Shown: positions 35,804 through 44,060 of the stretch, piece after piece | Layout of the letters: the number at the start of each line of letters is the position of its first letter | Position numbering within the stretch: position 1 is the first letter of the stretch | Assembly (NCBI GenBank): GCA_963708135.1 | Contig: OY970192.1 | Location: 2,432,001 to 2,496,000 of the forward strand | Reading direction: 5' to 3' | Length of the DNA stretch: 64,000 nucleotides | Origin: an uncultured Gemmatimonadales bacterium | GTDB taxonomy: Bacteria > Gemmatimonadota > Gemmatimonadetes > Longimicrobiales > RSA9 | The notes under the pieces: model-generated | Database searches by the model: none | Seen by the model: only the letters and a program-made list of their open reading frames with translations | Told to the model about the DNA's origin: nothing | Program-made: the position numbers and the translations under genes

Positions 35804-38773
35804 TCAGGGCCGCAGCACCATGATCTTGCGCGTGACCGCGCCGTCCGGCAGCTCCACGACGAGCAGGTAGAGCCCGTTGGCGACGGCGCTGCCGCGCTCG
35901 TTCTCGAGCGTCCACGCCACGCTGCCCTCGCCGAGCGCCGAGCCGGCCGCTCCCCAGACGCGGCGGCCGGAGAGGGTGTAGATGCCGACCGAGCGCGGCG
36001 TGACGCCGTAGTTGATGATGAGCCGCTGCCCGCGCACCGGGTTCTCCGAGAGCGCCACCCGCTCCCCGGGCTCGAGCAGGGAGGCGGCGCGGTCCGCGGA
36101 GGCCACCGGCCCCGCCGCGCCCGTGCGCCGGTTCTGGGCGCCCGAGAGCGTCCCCTCCGAGCGGGTCTCCTCGGGCAGGTAGCGCGCGGCGAAGTGCGTC
36201 GCGTTCGGGGAGGCACCGCTGAGGCGCAGCGTCAGCAGCTCGTCGCGGGCCTCCCCCGCCGGCACCACCACCGCGGGCGCGAAGGTCACGCGGCCCACGC
36301 CCGCCAGACGCGCGGCCACCTCGGCGTCCACGGGCTCGTCCGGCCCCGGCACGCCGTCGCCGTTCAGGTCCCGCACGAGCAGCGCCACGGCGGCGCTGTC
36401 GCGGCCGGTCACGTCGAAGCCCAGGCGTGTCACGGCCTGCGCCTCCGCAGAGTCGGCCACCAGGTGAACGGCGAGGAGCGGGACGAGCGTGCCGGCCCGC
36501 GTGCTGGTGGCGGGCGGGGCGGCGAGCGCCGCCACGTCCATCGCCAGCGACCCCGGGGGCGGCCCGAGCGCGTGCACGGCGGCCGCCACGTCCAGCTTGC
36601 CGTACCCCCACTGCGCGTTGGGCGTGCCCTCCGGCTCGCCCGTGTAGGGGTGGCGCGTGAAGGCATCCTCCGCCGCGGCGCCGGTCAGCAGCGTGCGCGC
36701 CGCCTCGGGCGTGAGCGCGGGCCGCAGCTCGAGCAGCAGCGCCACCGCCCCGGTCACGAACGGCGCCGCCATGCTGGTGCCGAAGAGCACGGCGTGGCGG
36801 CCGTCCGCCTCGACGAAGTTCGGCAGCTTGGCCCAGAGGGTGGCATCCCGACTCATGGAGGACACCACGACCTTGCCGGGCGCGGCGATCTCCGGCTTGA
36901 GCACGCCGTCGCGGCGTGGCCCGGGATCGCTGAAGAAGCCGATGTCGCCGAGCGGCTCCCGGTACGGGAACGTCTGCGGCCCGGCCGCGGCCGTCCACGT
37001 CTCGCGCGAGGCGAAGGCCGCGACCGTGATCGCGCGCGTGGCGGAGCCGGGAGAGGAGACGAGGGTGCGGTTGTCGGAGGGGTCGAGCGAGGTGAGCTCC
37101 GTCGCCGTGGCGAGCGTGCTGCCCACGAGCCACATGTGCCAGGCACCGCCGTCCGCGATGTGCGCGCCGTCGAGGGTGATGGACCACGCACCGGGCACCG
37201 GCGGCTGCGCGGCGTCCTCGTCGAACACGGTGATGAGCGCCTCGCGGTCGCCATCGTTCGGGTCCCGGCCGCCCGAGGCGTTGTCGATCGCGATCGCGCC
37301 GTCCGGCGTGGCCACGATGGCGGTGTCGCCCATGGCGACGGCGACGCTGTAGCCGGCCGGCGTGGTCACGCGGATCGTCACCGAGTCCGCGCCGCCGTAC
37401 CAGAGGTCGAGGACCGCGCCATCATCCACGGCGCCGGAGCCCGGCGTGTAGCTGGGCACCACCAGGTGGGTGGTGGCGCTTCCGCCGGGCGCGAGGGCGC
37501 CCGCCGCGTGCACCGGCGCACGCACGAAGGCCGGCGATTCGTTACCGTTGACCGCCTGGTTCCCCGCCACGGTGACGACGATGCGGCCCGCCCCCACGAG
37601 CTGGTCGATCGCCTGCTCGAAGAGCGTGGTGCCGTCGTGCGGGCCGAGCTGCGTGCCGAGCGAGAGGTTCACGACCGCCGGCTCCCCCAGCGCCGCCGCG
37701 CGGTCGAAGATGTAGGCCAGGCCGTCCAGCAGCCGGTCCGTCGTGAACGCGCCGTCGCCGCCCTTCACCACGATCAGGTCCGCGGCCGGGGCCACGCCCG
37801 CGAAGCGGTACGCCGGCTCGCCGTTGCCGGTGGCCGCCCCGTCGCCTGCCGCGATCCCGGCCACGTGGGTGCCGTGCCCCACCCGGTCCACGAGCGCGCA
37901 TCCGCCCGCGTCGATCAGCGCCGAGGAGCACTCCTCGCCGTAGTCGAAGACATCGCCGCCGACCGCGCCCGGCGCCGCGCCGCTCCCCGTCTGGTCCCAC
38001 GCGTAGAGCACGCGTGTGGCGCCGGCGCCGTCCCGGAAGTCCTCGTGGGCGAGGTCCACCCCGCTGTCGTAGATGCCGACGACGACACCCTGCCCGGCGA
38101 GCCCCAGGAACCGGCTGCCCTCCCGCTGCCGCAGCGCGTCGGCATCCACGTCGCCCACCCCGACCTCGTCCGTCCCGACGACGTCCCCCGTCACCAGCGC
38201 GGCGCGCGCCGGGGCCGCCGGGCCGGGCGGCCCACCGGGGGCGCCGGCGGCGACGGGCCGACTCGGCCCCGGCGCCACTCGCTCGCCGCCGCGCGCCGCC
38301 GCGGACAGTCCCGCCGCCGTGGCCGGCGCCGCGGGCGCGAGCCGGGCCGCCGCCTCCATGAAGCGGATCCCCGGCGTCCGGCCGAGCGCGCCGAGCGCGT
38401 CCACCGGGACGAGCGCGCTGACGATGTCGCCCACGCGCGCCCCCATGCGCGCCCCCGCGGCGCGCAGCACGGCCACCCCGCCGGCCTCCACCCGCACGAG
38501 CGCGTGAACGTACGCGCGGCCGCCCGGGCCGGCGGTCTCGACGGCGGCGGCGGCGAGGAAGGGCGGCACCGCGGCGGCAGCCGCGCCGGGGGAGGCGGCA
38601 CCCGGCCGCGCGCCCTCCGCGCGCGAGGCGGGGCCCGGCTCCGCGGCGAGCGGGGCGGCCGCGCGCGAGGCCAGGAAGCGGAGCGGCGCGTCCATGCGCG
38701 CCTGCGCCTGCCCCGCGGCCGGCGCGGCGCTCAGCAGCAGGACCAGTCCGGCGGCGGTCAGCAGTCTATGCAT
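35804..38773 (-). CDS. secreted S8 subtilisin-family peptidase with FlgD/T9SS-CTD-like tail
   Basis: Signal peptide; triad IYDSG, HGTHVAGIAAG, FGTSMAAPFVTG; tail NPVR...IYTLSGRRV...W...NGLYLLVVE...RKIMVLR. Confidence 0.92.
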   Translation of the reverse strand: MHRLLTAAGLVLLLSAAPAAGQAQARMDAPLRFLASRAAAPLAAEPGPASRAEGARPGAASPGAAAAAVPPFLAAAAVETAGPGGRAYVHALVRVEAGGVAVLRAAGARMGARVGDIVSALVPVDALGALGRTPGIRFMEAAARLAPAAPATAAGLSAAARGGERVAPGPSRPVAAGAPGGPPGPAAPARAALVTGDVVGTDEVGVGDVDADALRQREGSRFLGLAGQGVVVGIYDSGVDLAHEDFRDGAGATRVLYAWDQTGSGAAPGAVGGDVFDYGEECSSALIDAGGCALVDRVGHGTHVAGIAAGDGAATGNGEPAYRFAGVAPAADLIVVKGGDGAFTTDRLLDGLAYIFDRAAALGEPAVVNLSLGTQLGPHDGTTLFEQAIDQLVGAGRIVVTVAGNQAVNGNESPAFVRAPVHAAGALAPGGSATTHLVVPSYTPGSGAVDDGAVLDLWYGGADSVTIRVTTPAGYSVAVAMGDTAIVATPDGAIAIDNASGGRDPNDGDREALITVFDEDAAQPPVPGAWSITLDGAHIADGGAWHMWLVGSTLATATELTSLDPSDNRTLVSSPGSATRAITVAAFASRETWTAAAGPQTFPYREPLGDIGFFSDPGPRRDGVLKPEIAAPGKVVVSSMSRDATLWAKLPNFVEADGRHAVLFGTSMAAPFVTGAVALLLELRPALTPEAARTLLTGAAAEDAFTRHPYTGEPEGTPNAQWGYGKLDVAAAVHALGPPPGSLAMDVAALAAPPATSTRAGTLVPLLAVHLVADSAEAQAVTRLGFDVTGRDSAAVALLVRDLNGDGVPGPDEPVDAEVAARLAGVGRVTFAPAVVVPAGEARDELLTLRLSGASPNATHFAARYLPEETRSEGTLSGAQNRRTGAAGPVASADRAASLLEPGERVALSENPVRGQRLIINYGVTPRSVGIYTLSGRRVWGAAGSALGEGSVAWTLENERGSAVANGLYLLVVELPDGAVTRKIMVLRP

Positions 38774-38895
38774 GAAGATGATGCTGGGGCAGCGGGAATC
38801 CGGCATGGAAGTTAGGCGGCCGCGGGAGCCTCCACAAGCGACGGCGCCAGTGCCCGGGCGCACCATCGCCGAAGCCTGTGTCCTGTCACGACACC

Positions 38896-38958
38896 AGTGG
38901 ACCGTATCTGAAGTTCGGTGAGCACCGAATGCCATCGCTACTTCGGATACGGTCCGCT
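38896..38958. repeat. 63-bp imperfect palindrome
   Basis: AGTGGACCGTATCTGAAGT / ACTTCGGATACGGTCCGCT (17/19 complementary) with inner TCGGTG-AG-CACCGA. Confidence 0.8.
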
Positions 38959-39610
38959 AGCCGCCGGGCAAGGCGGCGGCGGGCGGCCGCCCGCCGCCGC
39001 GCGCGACGTAGCATTCGGCGTAGCCCAGCGTGGCCCGGCCCGTGAGGCGGACCACCGGTACGTCCTCCGCCTCGGCCCCGCCGCGCCCGCCCCTCACCGA
39101 GAAATACCCGGCGAACGCGTGGCCCTCGCTCTCGACACGCACGCCCGCGGGCAGCCGGATCTCGACGTACCCCATGAACGCGTGCACCTCGATCTCCGTC
39201 GTTCCCGGCTCGAAGCGCGCGTGCGTGAGGTCGAGCTCCACGTAACCGAGCCGGGCGTGCAGGCGCAGGTGCCGCGGCGCGACGCCCGTGATCCGCACCT
39301 CCTGCCCCGACAGGAAAGCCCCCACTTCGCGCGGCGCCGGCGCCGGAACACCGGCGCCGGCGTTGCTGGGACCACCAGCGGCCTGCTCGGCCGCGAGCCC
39401 GGCGAGCACCGCCTCGAGCTCGGCGGGCGTCCTCGCGCGGTAGACCCGGTCGAGGAGCGACTCCAGCTCGGCCTCGCCGAGCTCGTCGGCCGCGTACCGG
39501 CGCGTCAGCATCGCGACCGCCCGCTCCCGCGCCGCCGGCGCAGGCGCGGGGGCAGGCGCCGGCGTGGGCGCGAATGGCTCGGGTCGCTCGGGGTCGGTCG
39601 GCGCGGGCAT
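38957..39610 (-). CDS. DUF1707 (SHOCT-like) plus LiaF/DUF2154-like protein
   Basis: RERAVAMLTRRYAADEL..ELESLLDRVYRARTPAEL; LGYVELDLTHARF, AFMGYVEIRLP. Confidence 0.8.
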   Translation of the reverse strand: MPAPTDPERPEPFAPTPAPAPAPAPAARERAVAMLTRRYAADELGEAELESLLDRVYRARTPAELEAVLAGLAAEQAAGGPSNAGAGVPAPAPREVGAFLSGQEVRITGVAPRHLRLHARLGYVELDLTHARFEPGTTEIEVHAFMGYVEIRLPAGVRVESEGHAFAGYFSVRGGRGGAEAEDVPVVRLTGRATLGYAECYVARGGGRPPAAALPGG

Positions 39611-39950
39611 CGCATCCTCCATCGGAGACAGCACCACGGTAGGCTCCCGCCGGCCCCCGGTCAACGCGCCGGCCGGCACCGGAGCCCACCCGTGTAGCGG
39701 CGCCGGGCAGGCGATCGGCCCCGACGCAGAGCGCCCGGCGAGCCGATCGACCGCCGACGCGGACGCGCTCGGCGGCGCGACCACCCGCGGGCGCGGAACC
39801 GCCGGCCGCCCGATCACCCCGGCAGTCCTCGGCCGCCCCGACCGTCTCCCACTCTCCCACTCCCGGGGGGCGGGCACGATGGCGCTGCCCGGCTGGCCCC
39901 GTCACCACCACCCGCCTACCTTCCAGAATCCCCTCGCCCGGAGGAGTCCC

Positions 39951-41111
39951 ATGCACGGGAGCACCATGCGCGCCGCGGCCGCCCAGCTCACGCTCCTGCT
40001 GGCGCTCGGGCCCGCCGCGCGTGCCCAGACACCGGCCGCGGGCGGGTTCGTGGCCACGATCGGGACGGGCACCCTCGACACCGTGGCCGTCGAGCACTAC
40101 ACCCGCACGCCCACCCGCCTCATCGGCAGCAGCGCCGTGGCGAATCCGCGCGCGCAGATCCGGACGTACGACGTGTCCTTCTCGCCCGCCGGGCGCGTCG
40201 AGCGCATCCATCTGACCGCCGGCGCACCCGGGACCCCGCCCGACCTCACTGCCGACTACGTCTACTCCGGCGACAGCGTGACGGTCACTATGCACCGCGA
40301 CACCGCCAGCCGGCGCTACGCCGTGGCCACCCACGGCGAGCGGCCGCTTCCCTTCTTCGAGGACCTGTTCGGCTTCTGGGAGGTGGCCATCGGCCAGGCC
40401 GCCGCCGGGCAGGCCGATAGCGCGACGTTGGAAGCCCTGGCCGGGCGACAGGTCCTGCCGATCACCGTGGTTCGCCGCGGCCCGGGCCGCGTGGACTTCG
40501 GCTTTCCGGACTGGGGCACCGTCCACGCCACGCTGGACGCCGGCCACCGCTTCCGCCGCCTCGACATGACGGAGACCACCAACAAGTACACTGTGCTGCC
40601 GGCCTCCGCCGTGGACGTGGAGCACGTCGCGGCCACCTGGGCCGCCCGCCCGCAGCCGGGGCAGCTCTCTCCCCGCGATACCGCGGAGGCCGCTGTCGGC
40701 GCCGCCCACATCGTCGTGGACTACGGCCGCCCATCCATGCGCGGGCGGAAGGTTTTCGGGGGCATCGTGCCGTGGAACGCAGTATGGCGGACGGGGGCGA
40801 ACGCGGCCACGCAGCTCATCACGGACCGCGACCTCGAGATCGGCGGCACGCTCGTGCCCGCCGGCACCTATTCGCTCTTCAGCCTCCCGACCGAGAGCGG
40901 CTGGACCCTGATCATCAACAGCCAGCACGGCCAGTGGGGCACCGAGTACCACCCCGAGCAGGATCTCGCCCGCATCCCCCTGACCGTGACGCGGCTCGCC
41001 GATCCCGTCGAGCGGTTCACGATCGCGGTCACGCCCGCGGACGCGGGTGCCGGCACGCTGGACCTGGCGTGGGAGCGGACGAAGGGGAGCGTCGCCGTCC
41101 GGGTGAAGTAG
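39951..41111 (+). CDS. secreted DUF2911-domain protein
   Basis: Signal peptide; LSPRDT, VDYGRPSMRGRKVFGGIVPWNAVWRTGANAAT, PAGTYSLF. Confidence 0.88.
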   Translation: MHGSTMRAAAAQLTLLLALGPAARAQTPAAGGFVATIGTGTLDTVAVEHYTRTPTRLIGSSAVANPRAQIRTYDVSFSPAGRVERIHLTAGAPGTPPDLTADYVYSGDSVTVTMHRDTASRRYAVATHGERPLPFFEDLFGFWEVAIGQAAAGQADSATLEALAGRQVLPITVVRRGPGRVDFGFPDWGTVHATLDAGHRFRRLDMTETTNKYTVLPASAVDVEHVAATWAARPQPGQLSPRDTAEAAVGAAHIVVDYGRPSMRGRKVFGGIVPWNAVWRTGANAATQLITDRDLEIGGTLVPAGTYSLFSLPTESGWTLIINSQHGQWGTEYHPEQDLARIPLTVTRLADPVERFTIAVTPADAGAGTLDLAWERTKGSVAVRVK

Positions 41112-41193
41112 GAGCGCCGGCCGGCGACGGCGCGGCAGCCGCGGGTCGAGAACGCGCGCCGGACGCGGGCGGCGGGCGCGTCGCCTTCGGCGC

Positions 41194-41670
41194 TCAGGTC
41201 CCCCAGGGGTCGAAGCCGAGCATGATGTAGTCGCCGGAGCGGCCCTCGAGCGCGGCGGCGCCGCTGTCGATCGCCTCGAGCGACTCCTCCGCCTCACCGA
41301 CCGCCGCGGCGGCCTCGCGGATCGCCTGGAGCACGCCCCTCACCTGCGCGAGCTGGAGCAGGACGTACGCCTTGGGCGCGGCATCGGAGCCGCGCGGCTC
41401 GACGACCAGGTCCACGAGGTCCGTCTCCTGGGAGATCTTCCACACATCGCCCGTCTTCTTCAGCAGCTTGTCCGCCGCCTTCACGTCCGCGTGCAGCGTG
41501 CGCACCATCTTCTGCACCTCGCGGTCGCTGTTCCCGCGCTGGCGCGAGAAGCGCTGGGCCAGTCCCGCGGCGTCGCCCTCCTCCCGGCGCTGCGCCGTGC
41601 GGGCGAGCAGCTCGCCCACATAGGCGTAGATGCCGACAACGATGGGGATCGGATCGAGTGCGACGCGCAT
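41194..41670 (-). CDS. hypothetical protein (158 aa, mostly helical)
   Basis: GAGGAG SD, typical codon bias, no recognised motif. Confidence 0.7.
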   Translation of the reverse strand: MRVALDPIPIVVGIYAYVGELLARTAQRREEGDAAGLAQRFSRQRGNSDREVQKMVRTLHADVKAADKLLKKTGDVWKISQETDLVDLVVEPRGSDAAPKAYVLLQLAQVRGVLQAIREAAAAVGEAEESLEAIDSGAAALEGRSGDYIMLGFDPWGT

Positions 41671-41842
41671 GGAGCTCCTCTCTCTGGGCTGCCGGCCGGC
41701 CCTGCTCCGTCCGCCGGGGGGCCGCGGGGGCAGAAGGATGCGCGCCGCGGCGGGCGGCGTCAACCGGGGCGAGGCGGGCTCGCGCGAAGCCGGCCGGCGT
41801 GATAGAATGGCGCGTCGCCCGAACCGAACCACCGGAGGATGC

Positions 41843-42223
41843 ATGCGCAGGATCGTCCGCGTCGCCCTGCTCGCCGCCGCCGCGGCCGGCATGTCCGCCT
41901 GCAAGGACCTGGGACTGCGCCACGCAAGGGACCTGCCGTACGACCAGGCCGAGAACGCGCCCACGCCGCAGTGGGCCTACCAGGCAGCGGATCCGAAGAA
42001 CCCGAAGCCGTACGAAGCCCACACCGACAAGCGCTTCAGCTACGCCGGCCGCACGTGGGTGGTGGCGTTCCCGCGCTACGCGCTGCCGGCCGGCTCCATG
42101 CGCAGCGTCGGCACCGTGGACGGCCTGCAGGTCAGCGCCCTCGCCTGGGACGACGCGCCCTACGACCAGCTGTTCGTGCCGGCGGGCGGCGGAAGCTGGC
42201 AGGCGGCGGAGCCGGTGTACTAG
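41843..42223 (+). CDS. hypothetical lipoprotein
   Basis: GGAGG SD, TAGAAT upstream, lipobox MSAC. Confidence 0.75.
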   Translation: MRRIVRVALLAAAAAGMSACKDLGLRHARDLPYDQAENAPTPQWAYQAADPKNPKPYEAHTDKRFSYAGRTWVVAFPRYALPAGSMRSVGTVDGLQVSALAWDDAPYDQLFVPAGGGSWQAAEPVY

Positions 42224-42280
42224 GGATTCGGGATTCGGGATGCGGAGGCGGGCCCGCTCGGCGAGCGGGCCCGCGGTGCA

Positions 42281-42700
42281 TCAGCCGGGGGCGTCGGGCT
42301 CCGGCGGCGGCGCCTGCTTCGCGGTATCCGCCTGCTTGGCGGCGGGCGTGACGTCCCCGGCGGGCGGCCGGTCCTGCGGGGGCGCTTCGCGCGTGGAATC
42401 GGCGGGCGGCGTGATCGGGCCGGGCTCGCTCGGCGGCGGCGAGCGTCGCCCACCCACCGACTTTCCCACTCCCCCACCCGGGGCGGAGGGCGGCGGCGGG
42501 GCCGCCGGTGGCGCATCGTCGCGGGCCAGCACGCGCCAGATGCCGATGCCGCCGAGAAGCGCGCCGGCGAGCACGAGGGCGGGGAGGAGCGGGTTGCCGG
42601 CGCCGCTCAGCAGCCTGCTGACGGCGGCCAGCACGAAGACGACGGTGAAGACCGTCCAGACGATCGCGCCTATGCGGGGGCGCCACGCCGTTCCACTCAT
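42281..42700 (-). CDS. two-TM hypothetical membrane protein with Pro-rich tail
   Basis: Two hydrophobic segments; starts 4 nt after the stop of the upstream gene. Confidence 0.55.
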   Translation of the reverse strand: MSGTAWRPRIGAIVWTVFTVVFVLAAVSRLLSGAGNPLLPALVLAGALLGGIGIWRVLARDDAPPAAPPPPSAPGGGVGKSVGGRRSPPPSEPGPITPPADSTREAPPQDRPPAGDVTPAAKQADTAKQAPPPEPDAPG

Positions 42701-42704
42701 CCGC

Positions 42705-43829
42705 TCAGTCCGTTTCCTTCCCCTGGAGCAGCGGCTCGCACGGCTCGAGGCGCGCGCCGCTCTCGTCGGCCACGGCATAGCGCTGGCCCGGGTACATGGC
42801 CACGCCGGCGTGCTCGCCGGCCCTGGTCAGGATATAGAAGTTGAGCCCGAAGTTCGGCAGCCCGCGCGCGTTCAGCAGCCGCTTCTCGACGGTGTTGCGC
42901 TGGACCCGCCGCAGCGCATCGAGCCCGGCGTCCTTGGGGTGCATCCCGCGGCGGAGGTTTTCGACGATGAGGAACGAGCACAGGTTGTAGAGGTTCGCCT
43001 CGCCCCGCCCCGTGGAGCCGGCCGCGCCCACGTCGTTGTCGACGTAGAGGCCGGCGCCGAGGATCGGCGAGTCGCCCACGCGGCCCGGGATCTTGAAGGC
43101 CAGCCCGCTCGTCGTGGTGACGCCGCACACGTCGCCTGTGGCGTTCACGCCGTCGCAGTTGATGGTGCCGTAGTAGTGGTCGGCGTCGATCAGCCCCTCG
43201 CGGATCATCTCGAGCCCGACCCGCCGGCCGGCCTCCTCGCGCTCCTTCGGGTTTGGGTAGCTGTCCGGGTTCGTACGCCGCTTCCACTCGAGCCAGAGCC
43301 GGCGCGAGAGGTCGGTATTCAGGTCGTCCTCGATGGTGTAGCCCATCATGCGCGCGAAGTGCTGCGCCCCGGCGCCCGCGAGCAGCAGGTTGTCGGTCTC
43401 GTTCATGACGTCGCGCGCCACGTGCGAGGGGGTGCGCACGCCCTCCAGCGCGGCCACGCCGCCCGCCCGCCTCCTCGGCCCGTGCATGCAGCAGGCGTCC
43501 AGCTGCACCACGCCGTCCGCGTTCGGCAGCCCGCCGTAGCCGACGTAGGGGTCCGCCGGGTCCAGCTCCACGATGCTCACGCCCGCGATGAGAGCGTCCA
43601 GCACATCCGCCCCGCCCGAGATCATCGCAAACGCCTTCTCCACGCACGTGTGCCCATCGGCATCCTTCGAATCCATGCCGTTCGCCGCGGCAATCACCAC
43701 CGGCCGCGACGCCGACCGACGGTGGACCGTCGGCGCGGGAAACGCCAGGGCCGCCCCCGGCGCGGCGGCGGCGAGGCCGGCGACGGCGCCGGCCGCCACG
43801 AACTCGCGGCGGTTCATCCTCCGTTCCAT
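42705..43829 (-). CDS. Tat-exported N4-(beta-N-acetylglucosaminyl)-L-asparaginase-like Ntn hydrolase
   Basis: NRREFV twin-arginine signal, VGYGGLPN, G-TINC nucleophile, TTSGLAFKIPGRVGDSPILGAG. Confidence 0.9.
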   Translation of the reverse strand: MERRMNRREFVAAGAVAGLAAAAPGAALAFPAPTVHRRSASRPVVIAAANGMDSKDADGHTCVEKAFAMISGGADVLDALIAGVSIVELDPADPYVGYGGLPNADGVVQLDACCMHGPRRRAGGVAALEGVRTPSHVARDVMNETDNLLLAGAGAQHFARMMGYTIEDDLNTDLSRRLWLEWKRRTNPDSYPNPKEREEAGRRVGLEMIREGLIDADHYYGTINCDGVNATGDVCGVTTTSGLAFKIPGRVGDSPILGAGLYVDNDVGAAGSTGRGEANLYNLCSFLIVENLRRGMHPKDAGLDALRRVQRNTVEKRLLNARGLPNFGLNFYILTRAGEHAGVAMYPGQRYAVADESGARLEPCEPLLQGKETD

Positions 43830-43882
43830 GCTTCCTCCCGGACGTGGCGGGCTACGGCTGGAGAGGGAATGCGACGGGGTCC

Positions 43883-43966
43883 ATTTTCCCCTCTCCCGCC
43901 CCGCCCGTCAAGCCGCCGCGCTGCGCCGACGATCTGCTTGACCACCCAGCCCGCAGCGACTACCAT
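43883..43966. promoter_or_regulatory. divergent sigma70-type promoters
   Basis: Minus strand TTGACG-17-GAAAAT (43911-43883); plus strand TTGACC-17-TACCAT (43938-43966). Confidence 0.55.
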
Positions 43967-44060
43967 CCCGTCTTTCGGAATCCGGGCGGACCGTAACGGC
44001 GCGACGCACCCGCGGGTGCGCGCGCCTTGTGTCTTGTATCACCCACGCCCCAGGGAGCGA

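Noticed and set aside
41658..44060. 800-aa N-terminal extension of the sensor kinase (1622-aa ORF)
   Set aside because: Overlaps three other genes and is low-complexity; a promoter and start lie at 43938-44061.
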